Source: Mobula hypostoma
Taxonomy: Eukaryota
NCBI RefSeq assembly: GCF_963921235.1
Contig: NC_086097.1
Span: forward strand, 114,702,001 to 114,766,000
Direction of reading: 5' to 3'
DNA: 64,000 nucleotides
Positions 47,846 through 60,310 of the stretch are shown here, one piece after another. The translations under genes and the position numbers were made by a program. The notes under the pieces are model-generated. The model was not told the DNA's origin and did not search any database. It saw only the letters and a program-made list of their open reading frames with translations. Numbering within the stretch: position 1 is the first letter of the stretch; each line of letters begins with the position of its first letter.

Positions 47846-50800
47846 GGAACCGTATTTCTGCTAAAAAATGTATATCAATTCTGGACTATGGAAGTCAGTG
47901 ATTCAGCACTGGCTTAATTTACTAGGCAAAGGAAATAATAAAACGTTTGCTTCTGAAAGTAACTGAAGGGGATAGGGATAAACATAGCTCATCAAATATT
48001 CTATGGATCATTATGAGTGCAGTCCTGTTGAGACTTCAAATGTCAGCATTGACTAATATATATTAAAGTACCTGGTTGATACCGTGGAGATTTAGCTTGA
48101 TGGTTTCAAGGAGGGTGTCAGATAGAATGCTTTGAGTTTACATTCCTGGAAAGGTTACTTATGATTATTTGCTTCTCACAGGAGATTAAGTATGTGAGAG
48201 AAAAAGGAGGAGAATGCAAAGTTTAGACAGTACATTAGAGAAAGTCAGCTCAGTGGGCTGATTGACCTCTTCCTGTTTCAAGTTCTTAGGTACTGTTGAA
48301 ATAATTCCCCAGAAGACTGAACATCTCATGTGATTTAGTGTAACATCCTACAGCATAACATCAATCTACTCAGTCCATTGTCACTATAGAAAAGTGATCC
48401 AAATCATCCCATCTCTACACTTCAACCTGCAATCTTGAAATTTCTAGACTGGGGTTTAAACCCCGCCACTCTCAGTAAGAGATCTATCTGTTCCCCATGA
48501 CCCTGTGCATTTCCTCCAGGCACTCCAGTTTCTTCCCACATTCCAAAGACATACAGCTTAGGGTTAATGAGTTGTCGGCATGCTATGTTGGCCCTGGAAG
48601 TGTGGTGATGCTTTCAAGATGCCTAGCACAACCTTCACTGATTTGTTTTGACGCAAATGATGCAGTTCACTGTATGTTCCAATGGCAAATAAAGCTAATT
48701 GCAAAAATAATGATCTTTACCTTTAATTTTCTTTCTAAATTTGGCTGTAAAAGAATCAACCGAGATAACCAAAAGGGAATTGGAAAGGCACTTGAAGGAA
48801 AATAACTTGAAGAACCTAAGGGGAAAGAGCTAGACAGTGGCACTGACTCTCCAATGCTCATAGATTCAATGGGCTGAATCGCTTCTTTCTGTGCCTTAAT
48901 AATTCTAAGAATTTAACCCCATCCTTCCCTCCAGATAGACAGGTTATTAGTTCAGTAGCAGCTTGTCTTTGATTTAGTGGGATCTTTCAGTAAGACATTT
49001 GTTAATGGCACACACCAGAAGTGGAGGAGTTTATTCTTGTTTAATTCTGGCTGCTCTGTAAGTGAGACCCTCCTGATGAAGGGTCTCCGTCCCAGATATT
49101 GACTGTTTATTCCCCTCCATAGATGCTGCCTGACCTGCTGAGTTCCTCCAGCAATCTGTGTGTGTTGCTGTGGATTTCCAGCATCCGCAGAAACTCTTGT
49201 GTTTATGTTCTGTAAGTGAGTGCTTAACAGTGAATTGCAAAGCTATTCACCTGAATCCTTTGAAAGCAATTGGTACATCAATCCCATAATGTTGTTCCAT
49301 TTATTAATATTACATTCTAGGTATAAATTTATAGTCAAGTGACATTGATTACTGTTTGATAGGTAAGTACCACAACTGTTACTGTAACTGATTTGCCTGA
49401 AGCTCTCAACAGGTTAAAGAGCTATGATCATAATATAAAAAATGGAATTGCACTATTTTTAGCTGTGGTAGAAAATAATTAGTGTTAGAGCTGGGATCAT
49501 GATTACACATATATCTGACAAATATTATATCCTTTGGACAAATGCTGAATAACTCTATTTGTATTTCCTGCCATTTCTGCTTTATTTTAGATTTCTAGCT
49601 TTAACCTTTTCTCCTAATGCCTAATAACAGTTCAACTTGAAGACTTGCTACAATAATTTAACTTTTACAAAGAAACTACAGGTTGAGTACCTTCATCTGA
49701 AATGCTTGGGGCGGGAAGTCTTTTGGATTTTGGATTTTTGGATATATAATGAGATAGTTTTGGATCACCATTTAATTTCCGACACTGAATTGATGTGCTA
49801 CTGCTAAGCAGTCTTCGTCTTACACCTGTTCATCATATATATGGACTTCAGAGGAAACATTATTTGGCAAATGTTCAGGGGATGCTTGCATGGTGTTCAG
49901 CACAGGTATGTTCCAATGAGACAGGGAAAGGATGATAGGGTACAGGAACAGTGGTGTGCTAACGCTGTTGAAAATCTAGTCAAGAAGAAAAGAAAAGCTT
50001 AAAAAAAGGTTCAAAAAACTGGGCAGTGATAGAGATCTAGAAAATTATAAGGCTAGCAGGAATGAGCTTAGGAAGGAAATTAGGAGAGCCAGAAGGGGCC
50101 ATGAGAAGGCCTTGGCAGACAGGATTAAGGACAACCCCAAGGCATTCGACAAGTACGTGAAGAGCAAGAGGATAAGACGTGAGAGAATAGGACCATTCAA
50201 GTGTGACAGTGGAAAAATGAGTATGGAACCAGAGGAGGGAGCAGAGGTACTTTATGAATACTTTGCTTCAGTATTCACTACAGAAAAGGACCTTGGCAAT
50301 TGTAGGGATGACATAGAGCAGACTGAAATGCTTGAGCATACAGATATTAAGAAAGAGGATGTGCTGGAGCTTTTGGAAAACACCTGGTTGGATAAGTCAT
50401 TGGGACCGGACGAGGTATAACCCAGCTACTGTGGGAGGCTTGGGAGGAGATTACTAAGCCTCTGGCAATGATCATTGCATAATCAATGGGGATGAGAGAG
50501 GTTCCGGAGGATTGGAGGGTTGCGGATGTTGTTCCCTAATTCAAGAAAGGGAGTAGGGTTAGCCCAGGAAATTATAGATCAGTGAGTCTTACTTCAGTGA
50601 TTGGTAAGTTGATGGAGAGGATCCTGAGAGGCAGGATTTATGAACATTTGGAGAGGCATAATATGATTAGGAATAGTCAGCATGGCTTTAACAAAGGCAG
50701 GTCATGCCTTATGAGCCTGATTGAATTTTTTGAGGATGTGACTAAACACATTGAGAAAAGTAGAGCAGTAGATGTAGTGTACGTGGATTTCAGCAAGGCT

Positions 50801-50875
50801 TTTGATAAGGTATCCCATGCAAGGCTTATTGAGAAAGTAATGAGGCATGGGATCCAAGGGGACCTTGCTTTGTGG

Positions 50876-51740
50876 TGTTACGAGAATACACATAAAATTA
50901 AGATGTTTGCTGGCCTGGGCTAGCATCAGTGGCATCAGCAGTTGGTCTGCCACCTGCCCTCAGGGGAAGGAGAGATAAGGAACAATGGAGCAGCGTCTGG
51001 AGATGTGTAATGAAGGGATGTGGGAGGAAGAGCTGTCTGGAGCGGCTCCCCCCTTTGAACCCTGAACTGTTTGAAGTGATGGACAGGCGATACCCCAGCA
51101 GGGGGATAAAAAGGGACAGGTTCGCTAAGACAGACACACACGCCACCCGAGGTAACGAGACCCTGGAAGCGGTACGCTTCTCACGAGTGGGTGAGAAGTG
51201 CCAGACAACGACCAGGGTGGAAAGGTACGATCAGCGGGAACCCGGTGTGTGTCCGCCCTTGCCTGGGTGCCGGGTTCACTGCAGAGGATCGACCGCATCT
51301 GGAGGAGGGGTCACAGTCGGTGACCTCAGGTGACATCACCAAGGACCCGCCCAAATGCTGTTTGTGAGCCATCTCGCTGGTCTGTGAGCCATCTTGCTGG
51401 TCTGTGAGTGAAGCCGTTCTGAATGATGAGTTGTTCCTGTTCTCTCTGTCTCTCTTCCCCCACGTTGTCCATCGCCATGGAAACGATTACTGCGAACTGA
51501 ACTTTGAGTCATTTTGAAATTTGGTCATTTACCCCTAGACAACGATAGAGCTTGATTGATGCTGTTATCTTAATTCTGTGCACATGTGTGGTTATCATTG
51601 TTGAATTGTTGCATTTATTATCCTTTCGACTACTGTGTTGCTTGTTTCTTTAATAAAACTTTCTTAGTTCTAGTACTCCAGACTCCAACTGAGTGATCCA
51701 TTTCTGCTGGTTTGGCAACCCAGTTACGGGGTACGTAACA
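50876..51740 (+). mobile_element. Solo LTR (865 bp)
   Basis: TGTTACG...CGTAACA inverted termini; 4-bp TSD GTGG (50872-50875 / 51741-51744); TATA-like GATAAAAAG at about 51105; AATAAA at about 51652; no internal coding region. Confidence 0.9.
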
Positions 51741-52709
51741 GTGGATCCAGAACTGGCTTGCCCATAGAAGGCAAAGAGTGGTTGTAGATGGGTCATATTC
51801 TGCATGGAGGTTGGTGACCAGTGGTGTGCCTCAGGGATCTGTTCTGGGACCCCTACTCTTTGTGATGTTTATAAATGACCTGGATGAAGAAGTGGATGGA
51901 TGGGTTAGTAAAACAAAGGTTGGGGTTGTTGTGGATAAAGTGGAGGGTTGTCAGAGGTTACAGCAGGACATTGATAGGATGCAAAACTGGGCAGATGGAG
52001 TTCAACCCAGGTAAGTGTGAGGTGTTTCATTTTGGTAGATCATATATGATGGCAGAATATAGTATTAATGGTAAGACTCTTAGCAGTGTGGAGCATCAGA
52101 GGGATCTTGGGGTCCGAGTCCATAGGACATTCAAAGCTGCTGTGCAGGTTGACTCTGTGGTTAAGAAGGGATATGGTGCATTGGCCTTCATCAACCGTGG
52201 GACTGAGTTCAAGAGCTGAGAGGTAGTGTTACAGCTACATAGGATCCTGGTCAAACCCCACCTGGAGTATTGTGCTGAGTTCTGGTCACCTCACTACCGG
52301 AAGGATGTGAAAACTATACAAAGGGTGCAGAGGAGATTTGCAAGCACGATGCCTGGATTGGAGAGCATGCTGTACGAGGATAGGCTGAGTGAACTTGGGC
52401 TTTTTTCCTGGGAGTGATGGAGGATGAGAGGTGAACGGACCGAGGTGTATAAGATGATGAGAGGTATTGATTGTGTGGATAGTCAGAGGCTTTTCCCCAG
52501 GGCAAAAATGGCTAACACGAGAGGGCACAGTTTTAAGATGCTTGGAAGTAGATACAGAGCAGATGTCAGGGGTAAGTTTTTTAAGCAGAGAGTGGTGAGT
52601 GCATGGAATGGATACGATAGGGTGTCTTAGGAGACTCCTGGATAGGTACACAGAGCTTAGGAAAATAGAGGGCAATGGATAACCCGAGGTAATTTCTAAA
52701 GTAAGTACA

Positions 52710-53303
52710 CCTCCTGTGTTATTTGAAGAGAGGGGGCAGTATGATTGTGAGGGAAGCTTGTTGTTCTCAGTGCCGGATGTGGGAGGTAGTGGAATCTCCC
52801 AGTCTCCCGGACATCTGCATCTGCGCCAGGTGCGTTGAGCTGCAGCTCCTGAGGGACCGCGTTAGGAAACTGGAGCTGCAGCTCGATGACCTTCGTCTGG
52901 TCAGGGAGAGTGAGGAGTTGATAGAGAGGAGTTACAGGCAGGTGGTCACACCAGGGCCAAGGGAGGCAGACAAGTGGGTCAAGGTTAGGAGGGGGAATAA
53001 GAAGAATAGGAAGAATCAGGTAATAGAGAGTACCCCTGTGGCCGTGCCCCTTGACAATAAGTACTCCTGTTTGAGTACTGTTGGGGGGGGACAGCATGTG
53101 TTGGAATGAGCTTCCAGCAGAGGTGGTTGAGGCATGTTCGATGTTGTCGTTTTAAGTTAAATTGGATAGATATATGGACAGGAAAGGAATGGAGGGTTAT
53201 GGGCTGAGTGTATGTTGGTGGGACTAGGAGAGAGTAAGAGTTTGGCAGGGACTAGAAGGGCCGAGATGGCCTGTTTCCGTGCTGTAATTGTTATATGTTA
53301 TAT
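52710..53303 (+). mobile_element. Chimeric insert: CR1 ORF1 N-terminal fragment fused to the 3' end of another CR1 family
   Basis: CCSQCRMWEV...CARCVELQLLRDRVRKLEL...PLDNKYSCL (52723-53093), then WNELP..LDRYM and a (GTTATAT)n tail (53096-53303). Confidence 0.8.
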
Positions 53304-53649
53304 ATGTTCGGCACAGCATTGTGGGCTGAAGGGCCTGTATTGTGCTGTACACCGGTTTTCTGTGTTTCTATGCTCTATTATGACATACCATTAATGTAAT
53401 GAAAATTTAACATGCGCAGGGTAACAAAAGCAACACACCAGCATCGGGAGAATGCCTGAATCAGCCATTGAACAACAACAAACAACGGCAGGCTTTCAAT
53501 CTCCACCTATGAAACCATATTTTGATTAAAAGTTTACAGTACTCTGTAAACGTTGTACTTCTTTTGTATTTGTATTTATAATTTACTTTTTTTTAGGTTT
53601 TATGCAAGGTATAAAAACAAACACATTGAAGACTTGTTCTGATGTTAGA

Positions 53650-54230
53650 TTTTCATCAAAGTTCAAAGTAAATGTTATTATCAAATCATTCCATTTCTAC
53701 ACTTCGGCATGATCAATAAATCCAAAGAATAATAACCATAACAGAATCAATGAAAGACTGTCCAAGGTGGGTATTCAACCAGAGTGCAGAAGTCAAAAAA
53801 ACTGCAAATGCTTTTAGAGAGACACAATAATAAAAATAAATGAATAAATAAATAAACAAATAAATGAATGAATGAACGAATAAATAAATAAATAAATAAA
53901 TAAACAAACACTAAATATTGAGAACACAAGATGAAGATTCCTTGAAAGTGAATCCATTGGTTGTGAGAACATTTCAATAATGGGGTGAGTGAAGTTGAGC
54001 GAAGTTATCTCTTTTGGTTAAAAAGCCTGGTGGATGAGAGATAGTAACTGTTCCTGAACCTGGTGTTGCATGCCTTAAGGCTCCTGTACGTTCTTCCTGA
54101 TGGCAGCAGTGAGAAGGGAGCACGTCCTGGGTGTTGGGGGTCCCTGATGATGGATGCTGCTTTCCTGCAACAGTGTTTCATGTAGATTTACTCATGTAGG
54201 AAGGGTTTTACCTGTGGTGAACCCAGGATT
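53650..54230 (-). mobile_element. Rex/Babar-type 3' end containing (TAAA)n microsatellite
   Basis: CTGTTCCTGAACCTGGTG...CTTCCTGATGGCAGCAG; microsatellite at about 53827-53905. Confidence 0.65.
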
Positions 54231-55159
54231 AAAGTTTTAAGAGACACTTTAAAAAAATTAATGCTGTGCATTTTCATAAGTATCTGCATCCAGCCTGCTG
54301 ATCTTTCACAATTACCTTCAATTTTCAGTTCATCGTGATATACCTTTGCTTGTTTTGTGATCGTATAATGTTAAGTGGTATATGTTCACTCCAATACTGA
54401 TGATACACTATTGAGATCTTCATTTTTTGCTTTATGCAGAGTTGTTCTATTTTTCATTGACTTCTGTTCATTACATATGTGAGGCCACTTCTCAGAACTG
54501 TCAGTGGTGCACAGTGTCTGGGAACCTACCCAGTGTAGTGGAATTTTCTATTTGTGATATCATGTCAGCGCTCAAAAAGTACTTGGATTTCAGAGGTTCT
54601 TGGATTTTGGAATTTTGGATAAGGGGTACTCAACTTGTATGATCTTATTTGCAATATGAGAAATATTAACACCTGCCTCATCTCAGTCAATGGCAGTACT
54701 AAATATCTGTTATATAATGTTGCTTTTATCTTTAATTTCTGTTGCAAATATAAAGGAATACCTTTAGAATACAAAGTATATAAAATAATCTGCCCTTCAG
54801 ATCTGAGCTTTCCATTACTATGTGTACAAAATGGTTAATTGGACTCCAACCTTCCCCGTTATCTAGTGGTAGCTTGTGTGAAGGTCACCCTGCTTTGAAC
54901 AACATTTAGTCAAACCACTGCTGATGGTCTGTACAAATTCATCTTATTCTTCAGAGACTTTATGATGAACAAAATGGCCATGAAATAAAAGTTTTGCAAG
55001 TCCGGTTCACAGCTAACTTATGATTTTCAAGGTGCCGATGTGAAGACTTCATTTAACCTTGCTCCTGTCTGATGTTGGCACTACGATTAAATTGCTTGTA
55101 TTTAAACTAGCTTAAGCTAAAGGTGCTGAGACTTAATACTCGTAATAAAGTTTTACAAA

Positions 55160-55690
55160 CTCAAGAAAGTCTGCAGATGCTGGAAATCCAAAGCAGCACA
55201 CACAAAACACTGGAGAACCTCAACAGGTCAAGCAGCATCTATGGAAAGGAGTAAAGAGTCGAAGTTTCAGGTCAAGACCCTTCAACAGGACTGAAAAGGA
55301 AGGGGGGAGATGCCAGAATAAAAGAGGTGAGGGGAGGGGAAAGAGGCTAGCTGGAAGGAGATAGGTGAAGCTAGGTGGGTGGGAAAGGTCAAGGGCTGGA
55401 GAAGAAAGAATCTGACAGGAGAGAAAAGTGAACCACAGGAGAAAGTGAAGGAGGAGAGGGCCCAGGGGGAAGTAATAGGCAAGTGAGAAGAAGTGAAAGG
55501 TCAGAGTGGGGATCAGAGCTGAAGGGAGGGAAAAATTTGTTCACCAGAAGGAGAAATCGATATTCATGCTATCAGGTTGGAGGGCACCCAGGCGGAATAT
55601 AAAGTGTTGATCCTCCACCCTGAGGGTGGCCTCATCTTGGCACAAAATGAGGCCATGGATTGGCACATTGGAATGGGAATGGGAATTAGT
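55160..55690 (-). mobile_element. Penelope 3' end/pLTR with degenerate hammerhead
   Basis: Homologous to 44455-44972; minus strand AGTCCTGTTGAAGGGTCTTGACCTGAAACTTCGACT at about 55256-55291. Confidence 0.85.
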
Positions 55691-56419
55691 GAGAAAATTT
55701 AAATGTCACAGAAGTAAACTGCACTATTAAAAATACTGCATTGCATCCTTCTGCTGTTGAATCAGTCAGTCATAATAATAAAGGTTAATTTTTGATAATT
55801 TTAATTTTTATGAGATAGCAGAGAGCTTTAATAACTGAGATTTGCTGAAAAGGTAGAAAATGTAAGAAGAATAATAGTCCTGACTCGATAATAAACCCTT
55901 CTACTATCCATCATACTGCCACAGAGAATCTCATCAACCATGAGTAATTGTGAACCCATATGCATGTACTGCTTCATCAGCATGTCTTTATCGGTCCCCT
56001 ATGGTGCATACCCTCCTACACCTCAAAATATCATCTCTTCTTCTATCACTGAATAGAAATCAAAGTAATTACACTCATTAGCATGAAGTAACTGCACTGC
56101 AAATTAAGGAGTTATCACATTTCAGACACGGTAATTTGAAGTATCTAAATGCAAACTAGTTTTCTAGAATTTTACCCTGAAGGTAGACCTGTTGATTTTA
56201 AACAATCAGAATATTTCATAGCAAAGAGAAAATAAACAAGTAGCCTATTGTTCATGTGCTGGCTCTTTTAAAATACTCACCCCTTATTCTTTTTGCATTA
56301 CTACTTACACTTCCTTATTTAGAAATATTTATGTTTTGCTGTTAAGATCTAATGTGGATTCTACTTTGTACATTATTTCTGACAGGAAATAAGTGCCCAC
56401 ACTCAAGCAGTTCCTTCTA

Positions 56420-56640
56420 CATCGTCATCCAACTATCTTCCTCCTCACCTGGCTTCATCTATCACCTGTCGGCTTGTACTCTTTCCCCTTCTCCTGTTGT
56501 CTTATACTGGATTTTTCCACCCCCCCCCCCCAACATTTCAGTCCCGATGATGGGTCACGGCCCAAAATCCCGACTCTTTAATTCTGTCCATAGATACCGT
56601 CTGACCTGCTGAGTTCCTGCAGGATTTTATGTGAGTTACT
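56420..56640 (+). mobile_element. Penelope-derived short element
   Basis: AGTCCCGATGATGGGTCACGGCCCAAAATCCCGACT at about 56540-56575; similar short copies at about 49068-49205 and 62069-62272. Confidence 0.7.
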
Positions 56641-57349
56641 TGTACATTGTGTTTTATAGGATTGCTTTCATATTTACGTTTGTTATGTTTTTATTGCGTT
56701 CCTTATGCTTATTCTGTTTGTTCAATGCTGCGTCAGATCTGGAGTAACAATCATTTTGTTCTCCTGTACACTTGTACTGGAGAATGATGACAGACAATCT
56801 TGAATCTTGAAGTCTATGTACAAAATCTAGCATCCAAGAAAACTTGGTTCGTATGTTTCCATTTGTTTCTTTAATGATGATCTCCAATTTACTGATTCGC
56901 CAGTTATGGCCAGTTTTTCTCAGTTTACTAAACTACAGCTCTTCTTAAATTTGAGACCGTTGGGAGCGTTGTCATTGAGTTCCTAAAGATGCCACCTGTA
57001 TTTGGTTAGACAAATGGCTGGCCTGCAGCCTAATTCCATTTTGCCTTTGTTATTCATATACCTAGATAGCCTTACTTGCAAAAGCTATAGCAGTTTCAGT
57101 CTGCAAAGCACCAGCTGGGCAAGCATCAACAGATTTTTTGAGAGAGTGAATTCTAAATTCTTCATTTGGAAAAAATGCCCGATGCAAATTGTCTGGTTCT
57201 CATAGTCATATATCATGACCATGAGGTGTTGCATTTTGGGATTACAAATGAGGGTAGGATTTACACAGTACGGCCTTGTGGAGTGAGGTAAGACAAAGGG
57301 ATCTGGGAATACACTTAAAAGTGCCGTCACAGATAGATAAACCGTTTTG

Positions 57350-58010
57350 AGGAGGAGAGGAGAAGACGGCGGCGCGACGCAGCTCGCAACAGCCACTCAG
57401 GTGGTGATGTCTCTTATTTGTCAAGTAGGGTGCCCTGCACAATCCTGATTTGATGGAGACGGACGTGAGAGCACAGAGGAACATCTGGTGAAACTTTTGA
57501 AATGCTTGCTTTGCTGCTGCTGCTACTGTGTGGTCTGAAATCCCCAGAGGGGAAGGCCCCGAGTCCTCGGCTTTGCTTGTTGCTTGGCGGCCGGGGCGGG
57601 GTCGAAGTGCTCGGCAGAAGATGGTGCTCGGGAGGCTGTGTCGAAGGGCTGGTTGGAGGTTCAAAGTTTTCAGACGGACTCAGAGTCAGCTACGCTCGGG
57701 TGCTTCCAATGGTGCTGCATCGGCAAGTTTGCGGTGCGTGGAGTTTCATGGCAGGGAGAGTCTGCATGAGATGATGAGGCTATCAGACTTTGAGACTTTT
57801 TTTTATCGTGCCCACGGTCTGCTCTTTATCAAATTAAGGTATTGCTTTGCACTGTTGTAACTATATGTCATACTTATGTGGTTTTGTCAGTTTTAGTCTT
57901 GGTTTGTCCTGTGTTTCTTGTGATACCATTCTGGAGGAACAGTGTATCATTTTTTAATGCATGCATTTCTAAATGACAATAAATGAGGACTGAATGTCCT
58001 CATAATCTAA
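57350..58010 (+). mobile_element. CpG-rich non-autonomous retroposon, unclassified
   Basis: Starts GAGAAGACGGCGGCG and ends AATGACAATAAA...CATAATCTAA(A)n; no recognisable ORF. Confidence 0.45.
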
Positions 58011-58029
58011 AAAAAACACCTACAGGCAG

Positions 58030-58360
58030 AGTCATACAGCACTACAACACAAAAACAGACCATTCAGCCCATCCAGTTCATGCCAAACTATAATTCTGCC
58101 CAGTCCCATCACCCTTCATCTGGACCATAGACCCCATATTCCTCCCATCAATGCACTCATCCACACTTCTCTTAAATGTTGAAATCGAACCCATATCCAA
58201 CACCTCCTCTGTCAGCTTGTCCCACACTCTCAGCACCCTCTGAGTGAAGACGTTCCCATTAAAGGTTTCACCTTTCACCCTCAACCCATAATCTCTAGTT
58301 CTAGTCTCACCAAATGTCAGTGGAAAAAGTCTGCTGCATTTATCCTATCTATATCCCTCC
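58030..58360 (-). mobile_element. CR1 3' end
   Basis: RVKGETF..FTQRVLRVWDKL. Confidence 0.8.
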
Positions 58361-58779
58361 TATTTGAAAGTTGGGTTCTTTGCTGCTGCTTCCTACTACT
58401 AAATGAATTTAGTTTTTCTATTAAATATTTTCATTATTTTAAACATCTTGATCATCAACCCTTAAGTTTTTCATATGGAAATAGAAACAAGATAATGTAA
58501 ACTGTCTTCACTATTTAATCCTCCAAACCATAGTATAATCCTGTTGAATGGCCACTGCAGCCCCTTCAGGATTAACTTATTCTTTCTGGTCTGTGCCAAA
58601 GACTCAGTTCCATACAAATGAAGCACAACTTGTTTTGAGTTTCAAACTCCGTGTGTTTAAAGGCCAACAAGCATTAGTCCTTTAGATTGCTTTTTTTAAA
58701 AAACTTATCTGTTGTCTTTAAATGATTTGTACAATTGGTCTCCCATATCTCTACTCCTCCATTGACTCTAATTTCAGGA

Positions 58780-59505
58780 AATGGATATGAGGAGGCTTCC
58801 CAAGGATCTGGACAAGGTTGAATGAGTAGGTAAGAAGAAGGCAAAGGGAGTGTGGTGTGGGAAAATGTGGGGTTATTTACCTTGGAAGGAAGAATAGAAA
58901 ATCTAAATGTTATTCATCAGTGAGCATCAGCTTTCAGATGAAGATGTACCTCCTGAATATGTAAATCAAAACATCACTCTCTTCTTGCTTAGAAATGTTC
59001 TGCCGGCTTCAGTAGAGGTTTATGAGAATAATCCCAGCAATGAAATGGTTTGCATATGAGGAGCACTTGATGGCTCTGGGCCTGTACTCGCTGGAGTCTT
59101 AAAAAATAACGGGGGATCTCATTGAGACCGATTGAATATTGAAAGGCTTAGACAGAATTGATATGGAGAGGATATTTCCAAAAAGTGGGAGGGTCTAGGA
59201 CCAGAAAGCTCGGCCTCAGAGGACAAGGACACGCATTCAGTACAGAGATGAGGAGGAATTCCTTGAGCCAGTGGGTGGCAGATCTGTGGAATTCATTGCC
59301 ACAGACGGCTGTGGAAGCCACGTCCATCGTGTATATTTAAAGTGGAGGTTGATAGGTTCTTGATTAATAAAGTCATCAAAGATTATGGGGAGAAGGAAGC
59401 AGAATGGCGGGTTGTAAAAGAAAATAAATCAGCCATGATTGAATAGTAGAAGTTTTGATGAGCTGAATGGCCTGATTCTGCCCTTATGTCATATGGTCTT
59501 ACAGA
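58780..59505 (+). mobile_element. CR1 3' fragment, decayed
   Basis: ALGLYSLE, GDLIET, LWNSLPQ; CR1 3' UTR. Confidence 0.8.
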
Positions 59506-59590
59506 CTTATGTCCATTGTGGCATAGCCAATATCGGTCTGATAAATACTGAAGGATATCGCCAGATCCGTCCAGATATACAAAAGCTTTG

Positions 59591-60310
59591 CAGCATCCAC
59601 AGGAAGGAGTTTCAGGCCGAGACCTTTCGTCAGGACTAACTGAAAGAAGAGATAGTAAGAGGTTTGAAAGTGGGAGGGGGAGGGGGAGATCTGAAATGAT
59701 AGGAGAAGACAGGAGGGGGATGAATAGAGCTAGGAGACACGCTCCAAGGAAGGATACATGGCTGTAGTAGCGGGTCTGTGTCAAAATGTGGTCCGAAATT
59801 TGAAGGGCCGAAGAAATTATAGATGGGGAGCAGTGATAGAGGGTTTCACTAAGCTCCCATCAAAGAGAAGATTTAAACTTCTTCAGTGGAGGCATCACTG
59901 GAAGAGGCTTCGCAGTAGTTAATTTAAAAACGCAAACACAAGGAAGTCTGCGGATTCTGGAAATTCAAACAACACACACAAGGTGCTGGTGGAACGCAGC
60001 AGGTCTAACAACATCCACAGGAAGAAGCACAGTCGACGTTTCAGGCCGAAACCCTTTGTCAGGACTAACTGAAAAAAGAGATAGTAAGAGATTTGAAAGG
60101 GGGAGGGGGAGATCTGAAATGATAGGAGAAGATAGGAGGGGGAGGGATAGAGCTAGGAGACACATTCCAAGGAAGGATACATGGCTTTAGTAGCGGGTCT
60201 GGGTCAAAATGTGGTCAGAAAGTTGAAGGGTCGAAGAAATTATAGATGGGGAGCAGCGAGAGAGGGTTTCACTAAACACTCGTCGAAGAGAAGTTTTAAA
60301 CTTCTTCAGT
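59591..60310 (-). repeat. Tandem (about 1.7 x 425 bp) internally deleted Penelope derivative, one hammerhead per unit
   Basis: 59609-59887 is repeated at 60038-60310; hammerheads at 59609-59637 and 60031-60066. Confidence 0.85.

Larger units (their letters stand above)
49865..53378 (+). mobile_element. CR1 LINE ORF2, decayed (family of 22755-26462), interrupted by a solo LTR and a chimeric insert
   Basis: ADRIKDNPKAF, QHGFNKGRSC, DFSKAFDKV, GVPQGSVLGP; 3' UTR split at about 52709/53304. Confidence 0.92.
49679..54637. mobile_element. Tigger (pogo-like; Tigger4/MER46-like termini) DNA transposon relic, expanded by nested insertions
   Basis: TA-CAGGTTGAGTACC..TCTGAAATGCTTGGG at the left end and ...GGATAAGGGGTACTCAACTTG-TA at the right end, with (GGATTTT)n subterminal repeats. 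Confidence 0.75.

Noticed and set aside
48181..48243. Apparent exon EIKYVREKRRRMQSLDSTLEK after TTCTCACAG
   Set aside because: Context resembles a decayed CR1 3' UTR (GGGCTGATTGACCTCTTCCTGTT follows).
53827..53905. (TAAA)n and, at about 61470-61510, (TCCA)n tracts giving low-complexity ORFs
   Set aside because: Simple microsatellites in retroposon tails.
59591..59612. Idea that the tandem element ends exactly at the hammerhead cleavage site
   Set aside because: Homology continues beyond it (CATCCACAGGAAG matches 60012-60024), so it is an internal deletion of about 10 nt.
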